Positions 27,460 to 37,138 of a stretch of DNA of 64,000 nt are shown piece after piece. Numbering within the stretch: position 1 is the stretch's first letter; each line of letters opens with the position of its first letter. The translations under genes were made by a program, and so were the position numbers. Under the pieces are notes generated by a model. It saw only the letters and a program-made list of their open reading frames with translations. It made no database searches and was not told the origin of the DNA. The stretch comes from a bacterium (GTDB taxonomy: Bacteria; Patescibacteriota; Minisyncoccia; Phycocordibacterales; UBA5272), in NCBI GenBank assembly GCA_023267635.1, contig JAHFMX010000001.1, forward strand, positions 83,165 to 147,164. The letters run 5' to 3'.

Positions 27460-30102
27460 ATGACTCCTAAAAAAACAACAAAAAAAGAAGGAACCAGTAA
27501 AACCGTGCAACACTTGGAAAGTATTATTGTTCGAGGTGCACGTACGCACAATCTTAAGAACATTACTGTGGAGATGCCACGTCACAAGATGATTGTGTTC
27601 ACTGGTCTTTCTGGGTCTGGAAAGTCTTCCCTTGCGTTCGATACTATCTTCGCTGAAGGGCAGCGACGATATGTTGAATCTCTTTCAGCGTACGCTCGTC
27701 AGTTTCTTAACCAAATGCAAAAGCCTGATGTTGATGAAATCGTAGGTCTTTCACCAGCTATTTCAATCGATCAGAAATCGGCTGGGCGAAACCCTCGTTC
27801 TACTGTTGCGACTATTACAGAAATTTATGACTACCTTCGTGTTTTGTATGCACGTGTTGGGAAGCCATACTGTGTTGATTGTGGATCAAGAATTCAAAAG
27901 CTTTCAAACGAAGAAATTCTTCACTTCATTTTGGATAAAGTAAAACATGCTGACGATAAACATAAGAAGGAAAAGATTCTAGGAGTTGAATATTCCCAAG
28001 CGGAACTTCATATCTTGTCGCCGTTAGTTCGTGGGCGAAAAGGGGAGCACTATCAAATGCTCTATGACATGCTTGGGCGTGGATATACTGAGGCTATTAT
28101 TGATGGTGAAAAAAAGTCACTTCGTGAACAGATTGTTCTTACAAAGACAAAGAAGCATGAGATTTCTCTTGTTGTGGATTCGATTGCGCTCGACGATTTT
28201 CGTCACAAGACCAGAGAGAAAGATTCACTCGTTAGACTCTCTGAATCTATCGAACGAGCTCTTCAGGAGTCAAACGGTCTCCTTGAAATTGAAATTCTTG
28301 GTGAGAAAACAATCATGAGTAATAAGTTCTCATGTGCTAATTGTGGATTTTCATTCCCAGAAATTGAACCTCGCCTCTTTTCTTTCAACTCTCCGTATGG
28401 AGCATGTTCAGCTTGTAACGGACTCGGCACAAAGTATTTCGGTGGACTAGATGAATGTGATGTGTGTATGGGTAAGCGTTTGCGACCAGAAGCATTGAAT
28501 GTGTTTTTGGATGATACTGAGAAAATTAACATCGTTGATATCACTGCGCTTTCTATTAAAGATGCTGTGGACTATTTCGCCCGACTTCCTCTTTCAAAGA
28601 AGGATCAGGAAATTGCCTCAGTCGTAATCAAGGAAATCGAATCACGCCTTATTTTTATGCTCGATGTAGGGCTAGACTATCTTTCACTTAACAGAAAAGC
28701 AGACACGCTCTCAGGTGGAGAAGCACAGCGTATTAGACTTGCTTCACAACTAGGAAGTAAACTTGTGGGCGCTCTCTATGTTCTTGATGAACCAACGATT
28801 GGACTTCATCAGCGGGATAACGATAGATTGATTAAGACACTGCTTCACCTTCGTGATATGGGTAACACTATTATCATCGTTGAGCACGATGAAGATACTA
28901 TCTATGCGTCAGACTTTATCGTAGACATTGGACCACTTGCTGGAGTCCATGGTGGTGAAGTTGTGGTGTCAGGGTATTTGGATGAACTACTTACTGCACC
29001 TAAAAATAAATCCGGGAGCCTCACACTTGCGTATCTTCGTGGTGAAAAAGAAATTCCTGTTCCAATACGCCGCACGGGGGATAAGGGCTCACTTCGTATT
29101 GAAGGCGGAAATGTATTTAATATTAAAGATCTAAAGGCCACCGTTCCGCTTGGAAAGATGACTGCAATTACAGGTGTGTCTGGGTCTGGGAAGTCGTCAT
29201 TCATGTATGAGATTTTATACAAGAACCTACTTGCTCGTTTAGAACGTCGCCATCGCTCAGCGCAGATTTATAACTGTACATCATTTACTGGAAGTGAATA
29301 TGTTTCGCGCGTAGTGTTGATTGATCAGTCGGCTATTGGGCGTACACCGCGCAGTAATCCTGCAACCTACACTGGGTCATGGACATTCATTCGTGATTTG
29401 TTTGCAGAGACCGAAGAGGCTCGTATTCGTGGATGGAAGCCGTCTCGATTTTCATTTAACGTGAAAGGAGGGCGTTGTGAAGCATGTCAGGGTAATGGAG
29501 AAATTGCAGTTGAAATGCACTTCCTTCCAACCGTCTATGTTCAGTGTGATGTGTGTTTAGGAAAGCGATTCATGAAGGAGACACTAGAAGTGAAATGGAA
29601 AGGGAAGAACATTTACGATGTTCTCTGTATGACTGTTGAGGAAGCTCTCACATTCTTCTACGATATTCCAGCGGTATATGATCGTATAAAATCTTTGTCA
29701 GATGTAGGATTGAACTATCTTGAGCTTGGACAGTCAGCTACAACACTCTCAGGTGGAGAGGCACAGCGTGTAAAAATTTCATCAGAACTGTATCGTCCAC
29801 ACGTTGAGAAAACAATTTACCTTCTCGACGAACCATCAATCGGTCTTCATTATGAAGATATTGCAAAGCTGATTGAAATATTAAACAAACTTGTTGATAA
29901 GGGAAATTCAGTTGTGCTCATCGAACACAATTTGGATATTGTAAAATGTGCCGATCATATTATTGATATTGGCCCAGAAGGTGGAGTAGGTGGTGGAAAG
30001 ATTGTTGCTTCAGGATCTCCTGAAAGTGTGGCGGGAAATGTGAATTCATACACAGGACAGTATTTAAAGAAAGTGCTCAAGAAAAGTAAAAGTAATAAAT
30101 AA
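27460..30102 (+). CDS. uvrA: excinuclease ABC subunit A
   Basis: Two ABC modules (GLSGSGKSSLAF, GVSGSGKSS), Zn fingers CxxC; start set at ATG 27460 downstream of the promoter. Confidence 0.95.
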   Translation: MTPKKTTKKEGTSKTVQHLESIIVRGARTHNLKNITVEMPRHKMIVFTGLSGSGKSSLAFDTIFAEGQRRYVESLSAYARQFLNQMQKPDVDEIVGLSPAISIDQKSAGRNPRSTVATITEIYDYLRVLYARVGKPYCVDCGSRIQKLSNEEILHFILDKVKHADDKHKKEKILGVEYSQAELHILSPLVRGRKGEHYQMLYDMLGRGYTEAIIDGEKKSLREQIVLTKTKKHEISLVVDSIALDDFRHKTREKDSLVRLSESIERALQESNGLLEIEILGEKTIMSNKFSCANCGFSFPEIEPRLFSFNSPYGACSACNGLGTKYFGGLDECDVCMGKRLRPEALNVFLDDTEKINIVDITALSIKDAVDYFARLPLSKKDQEIASVVIKEIESRLIFMLDVGLDYLSLNRKADTLSGGEAQRIRLASQLGSKLVGALYVLDEPTIGLHQRDNDRLIKTLLHLRDMGNTIIIVEHDEDTIYASDFIVDIGPLAGVHGGEVVVSGYLDELLTAPKNKSGSLTLAYLRGEKEIPVPIRRTGDKGSLRIEGGNVFNIKDLKATVPLGKMTAITGVSGSGKSSFMYEILYKNLLARLERRHRSAQIYNCTSFTGSEYVSRVVLIDQSAIGRTPRSNPATYTGSWTFIRDLFAETEEARIRGWKPSRFSFNVKGGRCEACQGNGEIAVEMHFLPTVYVQCDVCLGKRFMKETLEVKWKGKNIYDVLCMTVEEALTFFYDIPAVYDRIKSLSDVGLNYLELGQSATTLSGGEAQRVKISSELYRPHVEKTIYLLDEPSIGLHYEDIAKLIEILNKLVDKGNSVVLIEHNLDIVKCADHIIDIGPEGGVGGGKIVASGSPESVAGNVNSYTGQYLKKVLKKSKSNK

Positions 30103-30110
30103 GGAAAATA

Positions 30111-30140
30111 AAAAACCGCCACCCCTAGGGATGGCGGTTT
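30111..30140 (+). terminator. intrinsic terminator after uvrA
   Basis: AACCGCCA-loop-TGGCGGTT followed by TT; preceded by an A-tract. Confidence 0.65.
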
Positions 30141-30158
30141 TGCTACATGGGAGGGTTT

Positions 30159-30599
30159 TTAATCCTTCATATAGTTAAGGGCAACGAGGGCTGCTCGCAG
30201 TGTTTTCCGCTCAAAGCACAAGTTTCCAAACTGCGCGCCGCTGACCCAGTCAGTGCGGCCGCTTTTCACGAGGTTGATGAGGCTTTGGACCTCATGTTCC
30301 TGTTCTTGTGTGGACTTGAGTACTGGAGCATAAACGCGACATTTCCCATCCGCTTGTAGGCGAATGATGTGCCCTTTTCCTGGTCTGTCGCCGCTGTGGC
30401 TCACTTTCATGAGCACACTAGCGGAGCGCGGTACCGCAAGAGGTACGTCAACCTGTCCAGGTTTTCGCAGGAGTGCGATTTTCGGGTCTTTCGCCCATGC
30501 CGCGACTATGTCACTAGGACGAGAGGCTCTGGCTACAGCCCTCTCCTGTGGAGGCGGAAGAGTGTCTACTCCCGCATCTTTATTTTGTGCCAAAAACAT
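30159..30599 (-). CDS. hypothetical protein on a GC-rich island, opposite orientation to flanking uvr genes
   Basis: 146 aa; about 53% GC against about 40% flanks; no confident family match by eye. Confidence 0.45.
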   Translation of the reverse strand: MFLAQNKDAGVDTLPPPQERAVARASRPSDIVAAWAKDPKIALLRKPGQVDVPLAVPRSASVLMKVSHSGDRPGKGHIIRLQADGKCRVYAPVLKSTQEQEHEVQSLINLVKSGRTDWVSGAQFGNLCFERKTLRAALVALNYMKD

Positions 30600-30741
30600 C
30601 TTACTTACCTTCTTTGTAAAGAACTTTTATTATGACCATTTTGATTTGGTCTCGATTCGCTCACTGTAGTGCTAGTTTGCCGCTTTAAGTTAACTCGGTT
30701 TACCAGTTGCAAAGGCGAATATTTATTGTACAATAGATTCA

Positions 30742-31956
30742 ATGAAAAGGCAAGACCTAGAAAAGTGTGGATTACCAGACACCCCAGGGGTGTATTTTTT
30801 CCGTGACACAGAAGGAAACATTCTCTACATAGGAAAAGCCACATCTCTGCGCGACCGTGTACGAAGTTACTTCAATCCTGACCTCATGAAATCCCGTGGG
30901 TTGCGTCTTGTGAGTATGGTTACTGCAGCTCATACGGTAACTCACCAAATAACCGAAAGCGTGTTGGAAGCTCTTCTTTTGGAAAGTAAGCTAATCAAAG
31001 ATAATGTTCCACCGTATAACGCGAAGGAAAAGGATAACAGGAGTTTTACCTGCGTAGTCATTACCAAGGAGGAGTTCCCTCGAGTGCTTGTCATGCGTAC
31101 GCGAGAATACGAAAAGAGGTTTACCAAAAAAGATACGCTTGCCGTGTATGGTCCGTTTGCTTCACTCACCCAATTGCGCGATGCAATGAAGATAATTAGA
31201 CGTATGTTCCCGTACAGAGATAAGTGTGAAGTTAACCAAGGCAAGCCTTGTTTTAACGCGCAGTTAAAGTTGTGTCCTGGGGTATGTTATGGTGCGGTGA
31301 CGAAGGAAGAGTATAAAAGACATATCAGTAATATTCAGAAACTCTTCGAAGGTAAAAAGACAGAACTTAAAAAAGACCTTGAAAAGCAAATGAAAGAGTA
31401 TGCCAAAAAGCATGCGTTTGAAAAAGCTGCCCAGGTAAGAAATACGCTTTTTGCGCTTGATCACATAAAAGACATTAGCTTAATTAAGGATGATGAAATA
31501 GTGTCCTTTAAAGATTCAGCCTTTAGAATTGAAGGGTATGATGTTGCACACATTTCTGGAACGGATCGAGTAGGGGTTATGACGGTGATTGAAGGTAAGG
31601 AAAAGATGACGGATGAGTACCGTAAATTCAAGCTTCCAGAAAGAACCAATGATGATTATGCAGGCCTTCGTGAAATAATGCTTCGTCGATTTGGACACAA
31701 AGAATGGCGTTATCCAGACCTCATTGTGATTGACGGAGGGGTAGGACATAAGCAAACAGCTGAAAAAATTCTCGCCGGACTCGGACTTCTTATTCCAATT
31801 GTGTCAGTGGTAAAAGATGAACGTCACAAACCAAAGGACATTTTAGGAGCAGCACTTCATGTGGATAACCACAAAAAGGAAATACTTTTAGTGAACTCCG
31901 AAGCTCACCGATTCGCGATTGGGTATCACAAAGTCTTACGAAATAGGCTTGTTTAG
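30742..31956 (+). CDS. uvrC: excinuclease ABC subunit C, short form lacking the C-terminal HhH region
   Basis: 404 aa; N-terminal GIY-YIG (PGVYFFRD..ILYIGKATSLRDRVRSYF), UVR domain (EKAAQVRNTLFAL), RNase H-like endonuclease region (YDVAHISGTD.., DDYAGLREIM, IVIDGGVGH); ends without (HhH)2; extended -10 TGTACAAT 7 nt before ATG. Confidence 0.75.
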   Translation: MKRQDLEKCGLPDTPGVYFFRDTEGNILYIGKATSLRDRVRSYFNPDLMKSRGLRLVSMVTAAHTVTHQITESVLEALLLESKLIKDNVPPYNAKEKDNRSFTCVVITKEEFPRVLVMRTREYEKRFTKKDTLAVYGPFASLTQLRDAMKIIRRMFPYRDKCEVNQGKPCFNAQLKLCPGVCYGAVTKEEYKRHISNIQKLFEGKKTELKKDLEKQMKEYAKKHAFEKAAQVRNTLFALDHIKDISLIKDDEIVSFKDSAFRIEGYDVAHISGTDRVGVMTVIEGKEKMTDEYRKFKLPERTNDDYAGLREIMLRRFGHKEWRYPDLIVIDGGVGHKQTAEKILAGLGLLIPIVSVVKDERHKPKDILGAALHVDNHKKEILLVNSEAHRFAIGYHKVLRNRLV

Positions 31957-32081
31957 AAGCACGCGAAAAGGGCTGTCAAGACTAACTCTTGACACTGATT
32001 TGAGAGACAAAAAAGATGGCTTTTAGCTATAAATAGTTACAATAGGTGTATTAATAAATGTACTAATTTCAAGCGAGTGTT

Positions 32082-35063
32082 ATGGCTATTCTACAAATAA
32101 TTAAGAAGCGAAATGGTGAGTTTGTTCCGTTCGATGCAGATAAGATTGAGAGGGCTATTAAGAAGGCGTTCGTCAGCGTAACTCGCGACGAAAAAGCCGC
32201 GGTTGCAAAACATATTACGGAACTTGTTTCAAAAGAACTCGAACTTGAAGCCATTACGCGCGAGGGATATACACCAACGGTTGAGCATACGCAGGACCTC
32301 GTGGAAAAGCACATCATGGGAGCTGGTTTCTTTGAGGTTGCAAAGCATTACATCATTTACCGCTTTGAGCACGCCAAGATTCGTGAAGTGAAGAAGCAGG
32401 AGACGCTTGAAAAGGTGGAGGAGGGAGGTCTCGCCATCACAAAGCGCGACGGGTCTTCACAGCGCTTTGATATTGAAAAGGTTCGCACATCAATTATGAA
32501 CGTTATTGCTGGCTACGAGAAGGAAATTAACGTTGAGCAGATTCTTAACCAGATCAAACTTGAAGTGTACGAAGGAATGCCAACTCGCGAAATTCGTAAG
32601 GCTCTCGTGATGACGGTTCGTTCAATGATTGAACAGGATCCAGCGTATGCATACGTTGCATCACGCATGGTACTTCATTCAATTAATGAGGATATTCTTG
32701 GGGACGCGCTTGATTACAGTAAGATTGATGAACAGTACAAAGCTGCGTTTGCTACAGGTATCAACAAGGGACTTGAACGTGGTCTTTTGGATCAGCGTAT
32801 GAAGAACTTTGATCTTTCTCGTCTTGCGAACGCGCTCGTTCGTTCTCGTGACGATTTGTTTATGTATCTCGGTACTCAGACACTCTATGAACGATACCTC
32901 GTTCGTGATGTGGAAGGGGATGGAAAAATTATTGAACACATGCAGGGATTCTGGATGCGTATCGCTATGGGTATCGCGCTTGCTGAAAAAGAACTTGATC
33001 GCACAACACGTGCTATCGAATTCTATGAAGCAATGTCGACACTTCGTTTCGTGCCATCATCTCCTACACTCTTCCACGCTGGAACAAAGCACCCACAGCT
33101 TTCAAGTTGCTACTTGAACACCGTAGGGGATTCGCTTGAATCTATCTTTAAGGTGTACGCTGACAACGCACAGCTTTCAAAGTGGGCAGGAGGAATTGGA
33201 AGTGACTGGACAAATGTTCGTGCCTCAGGATCTCTTGTTAAGAAATCAGGCATCCGTTCAAACGGAATCATTCCGTTTCTTAAGATCGCAAACGACGTAA
33301 CGGTAGCTATTAACCGTTCAGGTCGCCGCCGAGGAGCAACATGTGTGTACCTCGAAAACTGGCACTTAGACGTTGAAGAATTCCTAGATCTACGAAAGAA
33401 CACAGGAGATGACCGTCGTCGAACACACGATATGGATACAGCGCTTTGGATTTCTGACCTCTTTATGAAGCGTGCACAAGAAGATGGAGATTGGACACTC
33501 TTCTCACCGGACGAAGTGCCAGAGCTCCACGAAACATACGGCTCAACATTTGAGGCTCACTACAACCGCTACGAAGCACTCGCAGCTGAAGGTAAGATGA
33601 AGGTATTCAAGACTATCAAGGCTCGTGAACTTTGGAGAAAGATGGTGACTATGCTCTACGAAACAGGACACCCATGGATTACATGGAAGGATGCATCAAA
33701 CGTTCGTTCACCACAGGATCACGCAGGAGTTATTCACAACTCAAACCTTTGTACAGAAATCACATTAAACAACTCAACAGAAGAAACAGCCGTATGTAAC
33801 CTCGGATCACTTAACTACCAGCGTCTTATGCGTGATGGTAAGTTTGATGTAGATCTCGTTGCAACAACAGTTCGTACAGCAGTGCGAATGCTTGATAACG
33901 TTATCGATGTGAACTACTACCCAACCGTAGAAGCAGAACGTTCAAACTTCCGCCACCGACCAATTGGAATGGGTATCATGGGATTCCACGATGCGCTCTA
34001 TATAATGGACATCAACTTTGACTCAGATGAAGCTGTAAAGTTTGCTGACGAATCAATGGAACTTATCTCATATCACGCAATTCTTACATCAGCTGACCTA
34101 GCACGTGAGCGAGGAAGTTATTCAAGTTACAAGGGAAGTAAGTGGGATAGAAGTATTTTCCCAGTGGACACTATGGCGCTCCTTGAAAAGGAACGTGGGG
34201 TAGAAATTCCAGTAAGCAAGGAAGGACGACTTGATTGGACACCAGTTCGTGAAGCGGTACGTCAGTACGGTATGCGAAATAGTAACACAATGGCGATGGC
34301 GCCGACTGCTACGATTTCAAACATCGCAGGTTGTGTTCCATGTATCGAACCGATCTACAAGAACATCTATGTGAAGTCGAACATGAACGGTGAGTTCATT
34401 ATCATCAACCCATACCTCGTGACTGATTTGAAGGCACTTGGTCTTTGGGACTTTGAAATGATTGGCCAGCTCAAGTATCACGATGGATCAGTGAAGGATA
34501 TTCCACAAGTGCCAGCGCATTTGAAGGATAAGTACAAGGAAGTGTTCGAGGTCGACCCATCATGGCTCATTAAGTCAGCGGCACATCGTGGAAAGTGGGT
34601 AGACATGTCACAATCCCTCAACATTTACTTTGCCGGAACTTCAGGACGTGAACTCGCAAACATTTATGAGTACGCATGGAACCTCGGTCTCAAGACAACA
34701 TATTACCTTCGTTCACTCAGTGCGTCTCAGGTTGAGAAGTCTACGGTTAACGCATCTGAATTCGGCTCAACACACAAGCGTGGAGCAGAAGGTGGAACAC
34801 AGGTTAGTTCATCCTCTGAAACTTCCGTTCCAAGTACTATGAACATGGAAACAGCGGTGGCTTCAGTTGTCGCAGCAGACGTTGCGGTTGCAGAAGCAAT
34901 ACCAGCGCCGATCCTCTCTATCGTTCCAGATATGGCACAAGTTTCTAACGTTGTTGTACAAGAACAAGTACCAGCATTTGCAAACATGGGTACACCAACG
35001 AAGACTGCATCAAAGTACAACATCACCGTTATGCCTGAAGCACGTTGCGACGGTTGTGAATAA
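32082..35063 (+). CDS. nrdA: ribonucleoside-diphosphate reductase alpha subunit (class I) with two N-terminal ATP-cones and a long low-complexity C-terminal tail
   Basis: 993 aa; ATP-cone 1 (KRNGEFVPFDADKI), ATP-cone 2 (KRDGSSQRFDIEKV), NLCTEI active site, C-terminal CDGCE redox pair. Confidence 0.9.
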   Translation: MAILQIIKKRNGEFVPFDADKIERAIKKAFVSVTRDEKAAVAKHITELVSKELELEAITREGYTPTVEHTQDLVEKHIMGAGFFEVAKHYIIYRFEHAKIREVKKQETLEKVEEGGLAITKRDGSSQRFDIEKVRTSIMNVIAGYEKEINVEQILNQIKLEVYEGMPTREIRKALVMTVRSMIEQDPAYAYVASRMVLHSINEDILGDALDYSKIDEQYKAAFATGINKGLERGLLDQRMKNFDLSRLANALVRSRDDLFMYLGTQTLYERYLVRDVEGDGKIIEHMQGFWMRIAMGIALAEKELDRTTRAIEFYEAMSTLRFVPSSPTLFHAGTKHPQLSSCYLNTVGDSLESIFKVYADNAQLSKWAGGIGSDWTNVRASGSLVKKSGIRSNGIIPFLKIANDVTVAINRSGRRRGATCVYLENWHLDVEEFLDLRKNTGDDRRRTHDMDTALWISDLFMKRAQEDGDWTLFSPDEVPELHETYGSTFEAHYNRYEALAAEGKMKVFKTIKARELWRKMVTMLYETGHPWITWKDASNVRSPQDHAGVIHNSNLCTEITLNNSTEETAVCNLGSLNYQRLMRDGKFDVDLVATTVRTAVRMLDNVIDVNYYPTVEAERSNFRHRPIGMGIMGFHDALYIMDINFDSDEAVKFADESMELISYHAILTSADLARERGSYSSYKGSKWDRSIFPVDTMALLEKERGVEIPVSKEGRLDWTPVREAVRQYGMRNSNTMAMAPTATISNIAGCVPCIEPIYKNIYVKSNMNGEFIIINPYLVTDLKALGLWDFEMIGQLKYHDGSVKDIPQVPAHLKDKYKEVFEVDPSWLIKSAAHRGKWVDMSQSLNIYFAGTSGRELANIYEYAWNLGLKTTYYLRSLSASQVEKSTVNASEFGSTHKRGAEGGTQVSSSSETSVPSTMNMETAVASVVAADVAVAEAIPAPILSIVPDMAQVSNVVVQEQVPAFANMGTPTKTASKYNITVMPEARCDGCE

Positions 35064-35094
35064 TTAATTAAAAAACGCTTAACATTAAAAACGT

Positions 35095-36207
35095 ATGCCC
35101 CCAACAACTCCCAACAACACACATGTAAACGGTTCATCAGGTCCAGTACCAGCGGGCTATAATCCTGCGAACCCAGTTATCGACCGCACTGCAGGACGTG
35201 TGGATGTAAACAAGCGTAAGATCATCAACGGTGAAGGGGCAGACGTGGTACAGTTGTGGCCAATCAAGCACAAGTTCGCATGGGACGCGTACAATGTTGG
35301 AAATGCAAACCACTGGCTTCCAACGGAAATCAGTATGCAGTCAGACATCGAACAGTGGAAGGCATCAAACGTACTGACAGCAGATGAACGTCACGCACTT
35401 CGTATGGTGCTTGGATTCTTTACAACAGCTGACTCAATTGCTGCGAACAACCTCGTGCTCGCATTCTACAAACACATTACCTCGCCTGAGGCGCGACTCT
35501 TCCTTCTTCGTCAGGCGTACGAAGAGGCGATTCACACACAGGCGTACCAGTACATCGTGGAGTCTCTTGGACTTGATGGAACAGAAATCTTCAATATGTA
35601 TCGTGAGGTGGATGCGATTTATGACAAGGAAGAATTTATTCTTTCTTTCAATCAAGGAATCTTTGATCCAAATTTCAAGACAGGAACATTTGAAAACGAT
35701 CAGAAGTTTCTTGAGAACATGTGCGTATTCTCACTCATCCTTGAAGGAATCTTCTTCTATTCATCGTTTGCGGTTATGTTCGGATTCCAGCGACAGAACA
35801 AGCTTGTTGGTTCAGCAGAACAGATTCAGTACATCATGCGTGACGAATCAACACATATGAACTTCGGTATCGATATGATTAACACGATCAAGCAGGAACA
35901 ACCAGAACTCTGGACACCAGCGTTTGTTGATCGTATCAAGGCGCTTATTGATAAGGCGGTAAAGCTTGAGTATCAGTTCGCAGTGGACGTTTTCCCTAAG
36001 GGAATCTTTGGACTTAACGCTGAAGGGTTCAAGCAGTACATCGAACACATCGCAGACCGACGTCTTGCTCGTGTTGGAATCGACCCTGTGTACAATACAG
36101 CAAACCCATTCCCATGGATGTCAGAGGCGGTGGATTTGAACAAGGAGAAAAACTTTTTCGAGACGCGTGTGACTGAGTATAAGACTGGCGGAACTCTTAG
36201 CTGGTAA
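35095..36207 (+). CDS. nrdB: ribonucleoside-diphosphate reductase beta subunit
   Basis: 370 aa ferritin-like R2; EEAIHTQAY and ESTHMNF iron ligand motifs. Confidence 0.9.
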   Translation: MPPTTPNNTHVNGSSGPVPAGYNPANPVIDRTAGRVDVNKRKIINGEGADVVQLWPIKHKFAWDAYNVGNANHWLPTEISMQSDIEQWKASNVLTADERHALRMVLGFFTTADSIAANNLVLAFYKHITSPEARLFLLRQAYEEAIHTQAYQYIVESLGLDGTEIFNMYREVDAIYDKEEFILSFNQGIFDPNFKTGTFENDQKFLENMCVFSLILEGIFFYSSFAVMFGFQRQNKLVGSAEQIQYIMRDESTHMNFGIDMINTIKQEQPELWTPAFVDRIKALIDKAVKLEYQFAVDVFPKGIFGLNAEGFKQYIEHIADRRLARVGIDPVYNTANPFPWMSEAVDLNKEKNFFETRVTEYKTGGTLSW

Positions 36208-36335
36208 GCCAGCTTCCATTTTCGGCGAATTTCTTTGTTGTCATCGTGCGCTCATGTGTCACTGTACAACTTGTACACCTCCACACTCGCGCACTCGACG
36301 CCTCGAACTTCATCCAAAACTGAAAGCTTAAGTAA

Positions 36336-36896
36336 ATGAAAAGAAAAGACTTAATTGATAATATTGAAGGATCAAGACTTAAGAAGCAGTTCCTAGAAGC
36401 ATTTCTCCTACAGAGTGCTTTTATTGAGGGGTTGTTAAAAAAGCTTGTAGAAGATAATTTCTTTTCAAAAGTCTCCCTTCCTATTATGATGGCCAAGCTT
36501 AAAGAAACTCCAAATTCGTTTACAGAGCCAAAGGAGATTGTTTATTTAAAAGAAAAACTATTAAGGCAAAATCTTTACGAGATTATAGAGCACCTTTCCA
36601 AGGTAGAAGTTATTGATGACGAACTTAAAAAGCAACTTCACTTTTATCGGGATAGAAGAAATTCTATTTTGCATGACCTTGTTGGTAAGATGTCAAAACA
36701 GGAATTCGAAAAAGAAATAGAAGAACTTGTTTCCAAGGGTGTTGCGATACTAAATAACCATTCAATGGTTGCAGCGTCTGAATCTGTAAGGCAAAGAGAG
36801 GAGATCGCAGAAGTAATTGAAAGCGGTGATGAGGAAAAACTTAAAGAGTACTTAGACGCTCTTGGAGAAAAGTCGAAGAAATTACCAGAGGTTTAA
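36336..36896 (+). CDS. hypothetical all-helical protein with HEPN-like R-x4-H motif
   Basis: 186 aa, charged helical; FYRDRRNSILHDLV contains RNxxxH; flanked by GC-rich non-coding DNA. Confidence 0.45.
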   Translation: MKRKDLIDNIEGSRLKKQFLEAFLLQSAFIEGLLKKLVEDNFFSKVSLPIMMAKLKETPNSFTEPKEIVYLKEKLLRQNLYEIIEHLSKVEVIDDELKKQLHFYRDRRNSILHDLVGKMSKQEFEKEIEELVSKGVAILNNHSMVAASESVRQREEIAEVIESGDEEKLKEYLDALGEKSKKLPEV

Positions 36897-36924
36897 AATT
36901 TCTTTTCCCTTCGCTCTCTAAAAA

Positions 36925-37105
36925 GATTTATAGAAAAAGAAAAGCCGAGGACTTATAAGTCCTCGGCAGGTTGCGTCACAGAGCTACGATGTGGAATCCA
37001 CGACACGTGGTGTACGCACCTTGAGTTGTTCAAGACAAACTCACATATAACACACGAAACGACGCTCGGCTGCGGCGACGTGCGCGCGTAGCTCCTACAG
37101 TATAC
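36925..37105 (-). ncRNA. candidate minus-strand small RNA (GC-rich, structured)
   Basis: Minus-strand extended -10 TGGTATACT (plus coords 37099-37107) and a minus-strand intrinsic terminator (stem GCCGAGGACT/AGTCCTCGGC at 36944-36967 followed on the minus strand by TTTTCTTTTT); about 170 nt, no ORF (ATG immediately followed by TGA); internal hairpins GTGGA-A-TCCAC and GGTG-TACG-CACC. Confidence 0.3.
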
Positions 37106-37138
37106 CATTATGGGTTTTGGTTCTGATATACTAAACCC

